Made by a program: the position numbers and the translations under genes
Shown here: positions 19,511-27,712 of the stretch, piece by piece
Layout of the letters: every line of letters begins with the position of its first letter
Numbering within the stretch: position 1 is the first letter of the stretch
Notes under the pieces: generated by a model
Database searches by the model: none
What the model was told of the DNA's origin: nothing
What the model saw: only the letters and a program-made list of their open reading frames with translations
Source of the DNA: an uncultured archaeon
GTDB lineage: Archaea > Thermoplasmatota > Poseidoniia > MGIII > CG-Epi1
Assembly: GCA_964389465.1 (NCBI GenBank)
Contig: CAYMDK010000005.1
Location: forward strand, 22,169 to 86,168
DNA length: 64,000 nt
Reading direction: 5' to 3'

Positions 19511-20770
19511 ATGCACGACGTCGCCGTAGTGGGGCAGGGACCGGCCGGCGGGATGACGGCACTGCGGCTGGCCGAAGCGGGCCACTCGGTCATTACGTTC
19601 GAGCGCAAGCAGCGGGTCGGCGACCCGATTCACTGCGGCGAAGGCATTGGGCGCATCGCGCTCGAGCACACGAATTACCCGGTCGGCGACTGGGCCATCC
19701 GGAAGGTGAAGGGCAACCGCATCCGCATGCCCAACGGCAAGTCGGTGGGGCTGATGTCGCCCGGCTACTCAATCCACCGTTGGGGGCTCGACCGCACTAT
19801 TTCCGACGATGCCGTGAAGGCGGGCGCCGAGCGGCACGAAGGCGTGCGCGTCACGCAGGTGAGCCGCGAAAACGGGCAGTGGGCCCTCGCCTCGAAGGAC
19901 GGCCCGGTCGCGCAGGCGCGGCAGCTGGTGATTGCCGAAGGGCGGGTCCCGGTGCTGGTGACGCAGGTCGGCCTCAAGGGTAACGACAAGCTGCGGCTGC
20001 TGCCAGGATTGCAATACAAGTTCCGCACCAGTGACGTCGATTTCCCGGATACGGACTATTTCGACTTCTACATCAATCCCCGCTACGCCGACGGCTACGT
20101 CTGGGTCTTCCCGCGCGACGACGTCTTCAACGTCGGCATCGTTGCGACCAACGGAGCCAAGGCGGGCCTCGAGCAGTTCTGCCGCGACGAGATGCAGGTC
20201 GACCCCGACCAGCGCATCCCCAACGACCTGGGCGACCTGCAGAATGGCGGGCTGATTCCGCGCGACGGCCCCATCCCGCAGTTCGCGACGCGCGGCGCCT
20301 ACGTCGTCGGCGACTCGGCCGGGCTCACGAATCCGATAACCAAGGGCGGCGTCCACGTCGGGATGCTCTCGGGGGAATACGCCGCCATCGCCATCCGCAA
20401 CGCGCTCGGCAGCGGCGAGCTGGTGCCGCCTTCGCACGCCATCAACACCCACGAGCTGCGCGGCCTGCACTGGGAACGCGTTGGCCGGGCACTGCACCCC
20501 GGGCTGGAGCCGCACCTGTGGTACGACCGCATCCTGAAGCGGCAGCCGTGGACGCAGCAGCAGTTTGTCGATGAGTCAAAGCTGATTTACGCGCTGGACG
20601 AACGCGTCCTGAACCTGATTGGCGAAATCTACGACGGCCGCAACTACTCCGACCTGCCGTGGCTCAAGATGCTGGGCATCCTTGTTCGCAACCCCGATCT
20701 CGCCCCACTGGCGCGCAAGCTGCTCAAAATCAAGGCCAGCCTGAAGATAACTGAGAAATATGGGTGGTAA
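19511..20770 (+). CDS. Geranylgeranyl reductase family FAD-dependent oxidoreductase (paralog 1)
   Basis: MHDVAVVGQGPAGGMTALRLAEAGHSV (FAD dinucleotide fold), PIHCGEGIG, GYVWVFPR, VVGDSAGLTNPITKGGVHVGMLSG. A TATA-like CTTTTAAC at 19481-19488 lies ~26 nt before the ATG. Confidence 0.85.
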   Translation: MHDVAVVGQGPAGGMTALRLAEAGHSVITFERKQRVGDPIHCGEGIGRIALEHTNYPVGDWAIRKVKGNRIRMPNGKSVGLMSPGYSIHRWGLDRTISDDAVKAGAERHEGVRVTQVSRENGQWALASKDGPVAQARQLVIAEGRVPVLVTQVGLKGNDKLRLLPGLQYKFRTSDVDFPDTDYFDFYINPRYADGYVWVFPRDDVFNVGIVATNGAKAGLEQFCRDEMQVDPDQRIPNDLGDLQNGGLIPRDGPIPQFATRGAYVVGDSAGLTNPITKGGVHVGMLSGEYAAIAIRNALGSGELVPPSHAINTHELRGLHWERVGRALHPGLEPHLWYDRILKRQPWTQQQFVDESKLIYALDERVLNLIGEIYDGRNYSDLPWLKMLGILVRNPDLAPLARKLLKIKASLKITEKYGW

Positions 20771-20856
20771 CATTCCGCGTCTTTACGCATCATTGCGTAG
20801 CTAAAACCGGCTAAACGGGCTGCGGGTTTTTATCCCACCCCGGGCAACTGCCCGCC

Positions 20857-21186
20857 GTGAGCGACTGGATTGACTGCGAAAATTGTGGTGACCAGTTCGA
20901 AATCCGGGTTTTCCAGCGCAGCCATGGCTACTGCTCGCGCTGCCGGAAGCGCATGAAGCCGCTCGACCTGGAACTGCTCTGCGCTGCCGAAGGCGCGGTG
21001 GCGGGGTACGGCGACGGCCGCGTCTCGCGCGGCGACCTGCAGGAAATCATGGCCATCATCCGCGGGACCGGCTGGTTCAATCCGGTCGAGAAGGCGACGC
21101 TCGACCTGATTCACCGCAACTACCGTTTCACGAGCGCCGCCGAGCAGCTCTACCGCACCGAGCTCGGCAACTGGCCGAAGGGCTAA
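20857..21186 (+). CDS. Small zinc-ribbon protein, hypothetical
   Basis: GTG start. N-terminus is CENCG...CSRCRK (Cys4). A TATA-like TTTTTATC at 20827-20834 lies ~26 nt upstream. The antisense ORF 20830..21210 has poor composition. Confidence 0.55.
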   Translation: MSDWIDCENCGDQFEIRVFQRSHGYCSRCRKRMKPLDLELLCAAEGAVAGYGDGRVSRGDLQEIMAIIRGTGWFNPVEKATLDLIHRNYRFTSAAEQLYRTELGNWPKG

Positions 21187-22040
21187 ATCGAAAAGGTCTG
21201 CCCTTCGCACCCAACTTCCCAGCCGCTGCGCGCCAGCTGCGCCGACTCGTCGGAGTCGGGATTGCAGAGCGGGTTGGTGTGGTTCAGGTGTATGAAGACC
21301 ACGCGCGGGTCGCCTTCCCGCCGCGGGCCGAGCCGCTCGAGCGTTTCCGCCACCGGCGGATGCGGCACTTCTGCCTGCCGCGGCAGCTCGTTCGCCGAGC
21401 AGAAGGTACCGTCGAGCAGCACGATGTCGGCGCCCAGCTGCCGGAACCAGTCGCGCGGGCTGGCGGCGCCGACCGCCGGCAGGGTCGCATCCCAGCTATC
21501 GTGGTCAGGCAGGAACAGCAGTTTTCGTTTCCTGCTGACGAACAGCGCGTGCGTGTCGCCCGCTTCGCTGCGGTGCGGCACCGGCAGCGGCGTGACGCTG
21601 AAGCCGTCGCCCGCAACCGGTTCGCCGCTGCGCCACTCGCGCAGCCGCAGATGGCCGCCATCGAGCAGCGCGCGCCAGCCCGGGGTCGCGCGCAGCCGCT
21701 CCGCGACCGCTCGCGAGCAGTGGAGCGGGACGCCGCGCGCGTTCATCACTTCGGGGCCGAACTGCCCCAGCCCGTCGACGTGCCCGAGGTGGGCGTGCGT
21801 CAGCCAGACCGCGGCCGGCGTCCCGCCGCCAGCCAGCGCGAGCTGGCGCGCCAGCTCGCGCGTCGCTTCGAACAGCTGCACTCCAGAAGGGGCGCGCAAG
21901 GCGAGCGAGGCCGGCAGCCGCTCGAACGCGCGGTCGGCGAGCGCGGCGGCGCAATGCGCGCAGCGGCAGCCCGCCTGCGGGACGCCACCATCCTGCGCAG
22001 AGCCGAGCAGTGTCGCGGTCAGCATTGCGACCGCAGCCAT
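21183..22040 (-). CDS. PqqB-like metallo-beta-lactamase-fold protein
   Basis: Re-called start at 22040 (MAAVAMLTATLLGSAQDGGVPQAGCRCAHC), matching the PqqB N-terminus (LGSAAGGG.PQWNC.C..C). WLTHAHLGHVDGL is also present. The track's 384-aa form adds an Arg/Pro/Gly low-complexity extension that overlaps the upstream gene. Confidence 0.8.
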   Translation of the reverse strand: MAAVAMLTATLLGSAQDGGVPQAGCRCAHCAAALADRAFERLPASLALRAPSGVQLFEATRELARQLALAGGGTPAAVWLTHAHLGHVDGLGQFGPEVMNARGVPLHCSRAVAERLRATPGWRALLDGGHLRLREWRSGEPVAGDGFSVTPLPVPHRSEAGDTHALFVSRKRKLLFLPDHDSWDATLPAVGAASPRDWFRQLGADIVLLDGTFCSANELPRQAEVPHPPVAETLERLGPRREGDPRVVFIHLNHTNPLCNPDSDESAQLARSGWEVGCEGQTFSI

Positions 22041-22660
22041 TCCTGCGGGACGGAGCGTCCCGAACCCGCGGCGGTGCGCTCGGGGTGCCACTGGACTCCC
22101 AGCCACGGCAGTTCGCGGTGTCGCAGCGCCTCGACCATCCCGTCCTCCGCGTGCGAAATCACCTCGAGCCCGTCGCCAAGGTCGCGCACGCCTTCGTGGT
22201 GGTGGCTGGTGACCTCGAAGTCGACCCCCGCCAGCGTGACCCGGTGGTGGACGTCGTCGGTGTCGCGCGTCCCGCCGGTGTGCACCGCGGTTTCGAAGCC
22301 GCCATCGCTGATGTCGGGCCACAGCGTCCCGCCGCACGCCACGTTCAGCACTTGCAGCCCGCGGCAGATGCCGAGCACCGGCATCTGCCGCTCATGCGCC
22401 GCCGCCAGTAGTGCCAGTTCCAGCGCGTCGCGTTCCGGCTTCGGGTTGCGCAGCCGCGCCTCGTCCACCTCTCCGCAAAAGGCGCCGCTGCCGGGTGCCA
22501 TGTCGCCGCCGCCCGAGAGCACCAGCAGCGGGTAGCGCTCCAGCTCCTCGACGCTGCGAATGCGCTCGGCAGCAAACCCCGCCTCCTCGAGCCACGCCGC
22601 GTAGTTGGGCCTGTATTTCTCCGCAGTGAGGGTGATTGCGACCGGCCGCAGCTTCGCCAT
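22019..22660 (-). CDS. Class I glutamine amidotransferase, peptidase C26 (gamma-glutamyl hydrolase-like)
   Basis: LLVLSGGGDM, PVLGICRGLQVLNVACGGTL (nucleophile Cys), GVQWHPE (His/Glu). Confidence 0.85.
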   Translation of the reverse strand: MAKLRPVAITLTAEKYRPNYAAWLEEAGFAAERIRSVEELERYPLLVLSGGGDMAPGSGAFCGEVDEARLRNPKPERDALELALLAAAHERQMPVLGICRGLQVLNVACGGTLWPDISDGGFETAVHTGGTRDTDDVHHRVTLAGVDFEVTSHHHEGVRDLGDGLEVISHAEDGMVEALRHRELPWLGVQWHPERTAAGSGRSVPQEWLRSQC

Positions 22661-22696
22661 GGCCGGGCTAGCCGGCCGCCGTTTAAGGCGCTGACG

Positions 22697-22846
22697 CTAC
22701 GTGGCCTCGCCGCTGCCGTCGCCAGCGGCGCAGGCGGGGCAGACGACCGGTTCCTGTTCCTGCGGCGCCCAGAGTTCGGCTGCGCATTGCGAGCATTTGG
22801 CCAGCTTGACCAGCTCGCCCTTGATAATTGCCTTGAAGTCTGCCAT
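22697..22846 (-). CDS. Very small zinc-ribbon protein (49 aa), hypothetical
   Basis: Re-called to the ATG at 22846: MADFKAIIKGELVKLAKCSQCAAELWAPQEQEPVVCPACAAG. It has CxxC...CxxC. The 81-aa track form overlaps the divergent gene. Confidence 0.4.
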   Translation of the reverse strand: MADFKAIIKGELVKLAKCSQCAAELWAPQEQEPVVCPACAAGDGSGEAT

Positions 22847-22899
22847 TGGTGCCAGTAGAACGAGGTGGGATATAGTGGCTGCGCTCGTCAGGTTCAGAC

Positions 22900-23214
22900 A
22901 TGGAATGCCAGCTCTGTGCGCTGCCGGCGGGTGACTCTGCATGGCGCATCACGGACTGCCCCGGCTGCGGGCTGCCGCTGTTGCTCTGGGGCGCGCACGA
23001 TACCGAGCCGTCACGGGCGCAGCGGCGCGAGATGCGCGCCGCGCTGCGTCAGCACGGCAACGTGCGCTACGGCCGCGGCAATTTCCTGATTGACCGCTTC
23101 CCGTCCGAGTTTCCCGACCACTTCCACTGGCACTGTCGCCCCAACCTGAACCCGCAGCTGGTCGAGGAGCGGGCGCTGGCTCACGGGCAGCAACTGGCGC
23201 GCGATGGCTCATAA
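22900..23214 (+). CDS. Small Cys-rich protein with a histidine-triad-like HFHWHC motif (HIT-like, tentative)
   Basis: MECQLCAL...CPGCG at the N-terminus. A C-terminal DHFHWHCRP resembles the HIT motif H-phi-H-phi-H-phi-phi. Its 3' end overlaps the tmk start by 11 nt. Confidence 0.55.
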   Translation: MECQLCALPAGDSAWRITDCPGCGLPLLLWGAHDTEPSRAQRREMRAALRQHGNVRYGRGNFLIDRFPSEFPDHFHWHCRPNLNPQLVEERALAHGQQLARDGS

Positions 23215-23818
23215 GCAGCCGCGCGCTTACCGCAGCGTGCTCATAGATCTGGAGGGAATCGATGGCTGCGGCAAGTCGACGCAGGCGCGGTTATTGGCAG
23301 AGCGGCTGCGCGAGGCGGGCCACACCGTGGTCGTGCTGAAGGAGCCCACCGACGGCCCGTACGGCAGTCGGCTGAAGGAGGTGCTGCGCGGCGAGCGCGT
23401 CGCGGACGCCGAGGAAATCCTGACGCTCTTCGCCGCCGATCGGCGCGAGCACGTCGCCGACCGCATCGCGCCGGCGCTCGAGCGGGGCGAAATCGTGCTG
23501 ATGGACCGCTACTACTACTCGGGGCTCGCCTACCAGTGCGCCGCCGGGATTCCCGCCGAGCGCATCCGCGCGCTCAATGCCTTCGCGCCCGCGCCGGTAC
23601 TCGTGCTGGTCTTTGACTTGCCCGTGGAACAGGCGCTGGAGCGAGTCAATTCGCATTCGGTCGCCGACACTTTCGAGCGCGCCGACCATCTCGAGCGCGT
23701 CCGCGCCGCCTACCTCGCGCTGCGTGCCGACCCGCTGGTGCGCATCCTCGACGCGACGCGGCCGCCCGGGGCAGTGGCGGCCGATGTCTGGGCGCTGGTG
23801 CAGGGGGTGCGGGCGTGA
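23204..23818 (+). CDS. tmk: Thymidylate kinase
   Basis: LIDLEGIDGCGKSTQARLLAERL (P-loop), MDRYYYSGLAYQ. Confidence 0.9.
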   Translation: MAHKQPRAYRSVLIDLEGIDGCGKSTQARLLAERLREAGHTVVVLKEPTDGPYGSRLKEVLRGERVADAEEILTLFAADRREHVADRIAPALERGEIVLMDRYYYSGLAYQCAAGIPAERIRALNAFAPAPVLVLVFDLPVEQALERVNSHSVADTFERADHLERVRAAYLALRADPLVRILDATRPPGAVAADVWALVQGVRA

Positions 23819-24282
23819 CCGACTGGCTGCTGCTGCTCAAGCTCTCCCTCGGCGGGGTGCTGCTGTTCGACCTGCTGCTGATACAGCGCAAGCCGGCTGC
23901 CGACGCGATTGTCCAGCGGCTTGACTGGCAGGCGGAGCTGGCGCGCAAGGGCGCCTACGGCTGGCTGATGCCGACCGCGGCGCTGCTGGTGCTGCTGCTC
24001 GACCGGGCGCAGGGCAACGACCCGCGCCCCGCGCTGGCGCTGCTGGCGCTCGTCGTCGCCTACCTCGCGCTGCCGCGTTCGCTGGCGCTCGAGCGCGAGC
24101 ACCTGCTGCTCGACGGCTGGCGCATCCCGCTCGCACGCGTGCTCTCTGCCAGGCCCACGGAAGACGGCATCGCAGTCTCGCTTGAGCGCTTCGGCTGGCT
24201 CACCGAGCAGCGCCTCCCGGCCGGAGCGGTCGCTGATGCGCTGCAGGAACAGCTGGCGCAACGGCCCGGGCGGGAGCCGTAG
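23815..24282 (+). CDS. Hypothetical membrane protein
   Basis: GTG start within a GTGA overlap of the tmk stop. Three hydrophobic helices (LLLLKLSLGGVLLFDLLLI, and others). Confidence 0.55.
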   Translation: MTDWLLLLKLSLGGVLLFDLLLIQRKPAADAIVQRLDWQAELARKGAYGWLMPTAALLVLLLDRAQGNDPRPALALLALVVAYLALPRSLALEREHLLLDGWRIPLARVLSARPTEDGIAVSLERFGWLTEQRLPAGAVADALQEQLAQRPGREP

Positions 24283-24284
24283 TG

Positions 24285-24713
24285 CTACAGGACACTGGTC
24301 AGGATCTGTAATATATCTGTCAACAGGCTCAACCCTGGAGCCTCTGCCACGTCTTTGGCTGCGCCCCTGTCGCCCGTTTTTTGCAATGCTTCAAGCTCAT
24401 CCTGGTCGAACCAGATGCCTTTGCAGCCGCCGCAGATGTCGAGTTGCACTTCCAGTTCAGGGACGGTGGTGAGGTGCATCTGACCGGTGCAGTGGGGGCA
24501 CGCAATGTCGTGTTTGCCGGGTTCCGGCTCGCGCAATAGCTGGCTGGCGAGTTCCTCGACCGCTGCGCTATCGGGCGCGAGCCGGGCCAGTTCCCCCCGG
24601 TCCAGGAAAAGCCCTCCGCAATCCTTGCAGTCGTCCATGGTTATCGCGAACGTATCGCCGGTGACGCTGCGCGGTTCAAGGCCGCTGTTGCAGCGGGGAC
24701 AGATGCGCGCCAT
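24285..24713 (-). CDS. Protein with two TFIIB-type zinc-ribbon modules (zf-TFIIB family)
   Basis: Two copies of CP.C.....D.C..CGG.W/F.D..EL: ICPRCNS..CKDCGGLFLDRGELARL and ACPHCTG..CGGCKGIWFDQDELEAL. Confidence 0.75.
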   Translation of the reverse strand: MARICPRCNSGLEPRSVTGDTFAITMDDCKDCGGLFLDRGELARLAPDSAAVEELASQLLREPEPGKHDIACPHCTGQMHLTTVPELEVQLDICGGCKGIWFDQDELEALQKTGDRGAAKDVAEAPGLSLLTDILQILTSVL

Positions 24714-24761
24714 GCTTCGCGAGCTCCGGCCGCCGGTTTAAGCCGTTGGCGCTCCCCGGCG

Positions 24762-25379
24762 CTACGGCTCCGCCATGAATGCAACGAATTCCTCGAGCGA
24801 CCGCGGCGCGAGCACGTAGTTCTCGCGCCGCTCGTCGCCCATAGTCGAACTGGGACGCGGGCCGTAATCGTGACCGGGCCAGACGACCGCGGAATCCGGG
24901 ACTTCGGCAAGCACATCGAAGAGCGAGCGGTGCATCGCGCACGGGTCGCTGCCGGGCAGGTCGGTGCGGCCGCACTCACCGACGAAAAGCGTGTCGCCGG
25001 TGAAGATATGTCCTTCGGCTTGCAGGCAGATTGCATCGCGCGCGTGGCCCGGCGTGTGCAGTACGCCGACCGCGATTTCGCCGACGCGCAGCGTGTCGCC
25101 ATGTTTTAAATATCGGTCGACCTGAATTTTTATCTTACGGTGCGCCGCCACTTTCGCGCCGGTCAGCTCCACCGCACGGTCGTTGCCGTTGATGTGGTCG
25201 TGGTGGCCGTGGGTGTTGAGCACCCACTCGACGCGGTAGCCCAGCGCCTCCGCGCGGGCGACCAGTTTCTGCGGCTCGAAGCAGGGGTCAATTAGCGCCG
25301 CGGCGCGCGTTTCTTCGCAGCCGAGCAGGTAGGCGAAGTTGGCCATCGGCCCGACTGCGAACTGTTCTACGATGGCCAC
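24762..25379 (-). CDS. MBL-fold metallo-hydrolase (glyoxalase II-like)
   Basis: LNTHGHHDHINGN (HxHxDH motif), HTPGHA, and a GDTLFVGECGRTDLPG region. Confidence 0.85.
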   Translation of the reverse strand: MAIVEQFAVGPMANFAYLLGCEETRAAALIDPCFEPQKLVARAEALGYRVEWVLNTHGHHDHINGNDRAVELTGAKVAAHRKIKIQVDRYLKHGDTLRVGEIAVGVLHTPGHARDAICLQAEGHIFTGDTLFVGECGRTDLPGSDPCAMHRSLFDVLAEVPDSAVVWPGHDYGPRPSSTMGDERRENYVLAPRSLEEFVAFMAEP

Positions 25380-26620
25380 TGGAACACCCCCAGCGCGCGC
25401 TGGAAAATGCGGTAGAGCGCCGCCACCGTCGTCAGCGTGCCACCGCCGTTGAGCCGCTCGCGCGCCAGCGGGTCCAGCTCGCGCAGCGCGGCGACCGCCT
25501 GCGGGGTGCCAAGGTCGTCGTCGAGCGCGACCTCGAGCTGCGCCAGCAGTCGCGCCGTGGCGGGGTCGAAGCGCGCCAGCTGCACGTCGCCGTGCGGGTT
25601 TTCGTCCCTGTTACCGCCTGCCGTCAGCACCTCGGCGGCGGTCCAGCCCAGCTCTTCACCTTCGGCGCAGGCACCCTTCAGCGCCGCTTCGCTGAAGGGG
25701 GTGAAGTCGCGGTAGTGGTATTGCAGCAGGTAGAATCGCAGCGCCGCGGGCGGGCATTCCTCGAAGACGGCCGCCAGCGAAAGCCGCTCACCGCGCGATT
25801 TCGAGAGCTTGCCGTCGGCATCCTCCATCAGCCCGTTGTGCATCCACACGCGGCAGTATTCGCCCAGCCCCAGCGCATCGGCCAGCAGCAGCTCGCTTTC
25901 GTGGTGCGGATACGCTAGGTCAGCCCCACCGAAGTGGATGTCGAGCGGCAGTCCGGGGTCGCGCGACGCCATCAGCGTGCACTCCAGGTGCCACCCCGGC
26001 CGCCCCTCCGGCGCGCCATTCGGGGCCCAGCTGCGGCCGCCCGGCAGCGGCGGCCCCCAGAGCATGAAGTCGAACGGTCCCCTCTTCGGTCCGGGGTCGA
26101 CCGCGTCGGCCGGCTCGCAGAGCGCCGCGCCGATTTCGCTCCCGAGCAGCGCGCCGTGCTGCTCCGGCGCGACCGAGAGCCAGATGCCGCCCTCGCTTTC
26201 GTAGGCACGGCCGTCGGCGAGCAGCTGCGCCGCGAGCGCGCCGATTTTAGGGGCGACGCCGGAAGCGCGCGGCAGCGCGTGCGGCCGCAGGTTGCCGAGC
26301 GCGTCCATCTGTAGCAGGAACTCCGCCTCGTAACGCGCGGTCAGCTCCGCCTCGGGCAGGCCGTCGCGCGCCGCCGCCTGCGCGGTCTCGTCGGCGACGT
26401 CGGTAAAATTCTGCGCGTGGCGCACTGCATAGCCGCGGTATTCGAGCCAGCGCCGTAGCAGGTCGACCGCGACGTAGCTCTTGGCGTGTCCGAGATGCGC
26501 CGGCGCGTAGACGGTCGGCCCGCAGGCGTAGAGCCGCACCGGGTCGCCGGCCGGCGCAAAGCGCGTTTTGCGCCGCGTGGCGCTGTCGTAGAGCTTGATT
26601 TCGCCCCGCTTGCGGTTCAC
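25367..26620 (-). CDS. cysS: Cysteine--tRNA ligase
   Basis: Re-called to the GTG at 26620 (VNRKRGEIKLYDSATRRK...YACGPTVYAPAHLGHAKSY, the HIGH-type motif), which sits in a GTGA overlap with the upstream stop. A KLSKSRG (KMSKS-type) motif is present. The track's 494-aa form adds Arg/Gly-rich low-complexity sequence. Confidence 0.85.
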   Translation of the reverse strand: MNRKRGEIKLYDSATRRKTRFAPAGDPVRLYACGPTVYAPAHLGHAKSYVAVDLLRRWLEYRGYAVRHAQNFTDVADETAQAAARDGLPEAELTARYEAEFLLQMDALGNLRPHALPRASGVAPKIGALAAQLLADGRAYESEGGIWLSVAPEQHGALLGSEIGAALCEPADAVDPGPKRGPFDFMLWGPPLPGGRSWAPNGAPEGRPGWHLECTLMASRDPGLPLDIHFGGADLAYPHHESELLLADALGLGEYCRVWMHNGLMEDADGKLSKSRGERLSLAAVFEECPPAALRFYLLQYHYRDFTPFSEAALKGACAEGEELGWTAAEVLTAGGNRDENPHGDVQLARFDPATARLLAQLEVALDDDLGTPQAVAALRELDPLARERLNGGGTLTTVAALYRIFQRALGVFQWPS

Positions 26621-27465
26621 CCTTTGTCGCCTCCGGCACGGGCGCAGATGTTGCCCTCGTCGCTCCAGTCGCCGCCGCGCACCATCGCCAGTGTGTAGTC
26701 GACCGCTTCCCAGCCCTGCGCTTCGAGCAGGCTGGTGACGCGGAAGTTGGGCGACGGGACGATGATTTCGACGCTTGCCGTGCGGGGGAGCGCCGCGACC
26801 GCCGCCTCGAGCAGCCCCCGCCAGCCGCGGCAGCCGGGCTCGACCACCCACGGCCCGAGTTCGTAGAGCGGCGGCTCGCCCTTCGCCAGGATGTAGCCGC
26901 CGTCGAGCGCCAGCGCTGCTTCGGGCACCGCGTCGGCAAGCGCTCCGAGCAGCGCGGAACGGTCACCGCTGAACTGCGCCGCGTCGAGCGCCAGCACTTC
27001 GTCCCAGCGGTCGCGCGCCGGCGCGACCACTGCATCGCCAGCGTCGAACGGCGCCAGCGTGTGCATCTCGGGCGAGAGCCGGAAACGGGTCGACATCCCC
27101 TCCGCCTCGAAACCGAGCGCGCGGTAGAAGCCGGCGGTCGGCATCAGCGCGTGCACCCGCACCGCGCGGCACCCCGCCAGCCGTTCCAGCGCCGCCTCGA
27201 GCAGTGCGACCCCCACGCCGCAGCCGCGCCGCTCGGGCGCGACGACGACGTTGCCGACGCCGCCAAGCGCGCCGTAGTCGTGCGCGGTGCAGACGCCGGC
27301 GGCCGCGCCGCCAACCTCGGCGACCAGCGCGACCTCGAGCGCGTGCAGCCGCTCCCAGTCGCGGGCGGAGTTGGCCCAGCCCTCGCCGTCGGTCAGCGCC
27401 CGCGCCAGCTCCAGGTCGCCGGCGGCCAGCGGGCGGACTGTGACCGGCGCAGCCGCGTCAGCCAT
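26617..27465 (-). CDS. GNAT family N-acetyltransferase (two-lobed)
   Basis: VRPLAAGDLELARAL..., VAPERRGCGVGVALLEAAL (acetyl-CoA-binding R/Q-x-x-G-x-G/A). Start is ATG 27465 (MADAAAPV); the alternative is 27486. Confidence 0.8.
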   Translation of the reverse strand: MADAAAPVTVRPLAAGDLELARALTDGEGWANSARDWERLHALEVALVAEVGGAAAGVCTAHDYGALGGVGNVVVAPERRGCGVGVALLEAALERLAGCRAVRVHALMPTAGFYRALGFEAEGMSTRFRLSPEMHTLAPFDAGDAVVAPARDRWDEVLALDAAQFSGDRSALLGALADAVPEAALALDGGYILAKGEPPLYELGPWVVEPGCRGWRGLLEAAVAALPRTASVEIIVPSPNFRVTSLLEAQGWEAVDYTLAMVRGGDWSDEGNICARAGGDKG

Positions 27466-27676
27466 CGGGCGCCCCCGCACGGCCATCGTCGACCGCGCCT
27501 TCCTCCATTCCCTCGTCGCACTCCTGCTGGCCGAAGGTCAGGAAGCGCTGCTCTTCGCGCCGCAACTTGAGCCGGCAACTGCCGTAACCGTAGTCCTCGC
27601 CGCCATACCAGTGGGGGCAGTCCTTGCACCGCAACACGGCCGCCGAACGGCCGTCGCCCAAAAAGGCGCGCTCCAA
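27458..27676 (-). CDS. Possible small Cys-rich protein (weak call)
   Basis: Only TTG or GTG starts are available. Contains CKDCPHW...GSC...EC and an acidic tail. It overlaps the GNAT start. Confidence 0.3.
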   Translation of the reverse strand: MERAFLGDGRSAAVLRCKDCPHWYGGEDYGYGSCRLKLRREEQRFLTFGQQECDEGMEEGAVDDGRAGAPDG

Positions 27677-27712
27677 GGTTACTATTATAGCCGGCCGGCA
27701 GGTGGCGCCGCC

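Noticed and set aside
25367-26851. Long N-terminal extensions in the track for cysS (to 26851), priS (to 44258), the pqqB-like gene (to 22337), the M14 peptidase (from 27287), mdh (from 37958), the aminotransferase (from 36448), GDPD (from 49090), ksgA (from 40556) and the 36126-36785 ORF
   Set aside because: The extensions are Arg/Pro/Gly/Ala low-complexity sequence and overlap neighbouring genes. The conserved family N-termini begin at internal ATG or GTG codons, often in 4-nt overlaps or ~25 nt after a TATA-like box.
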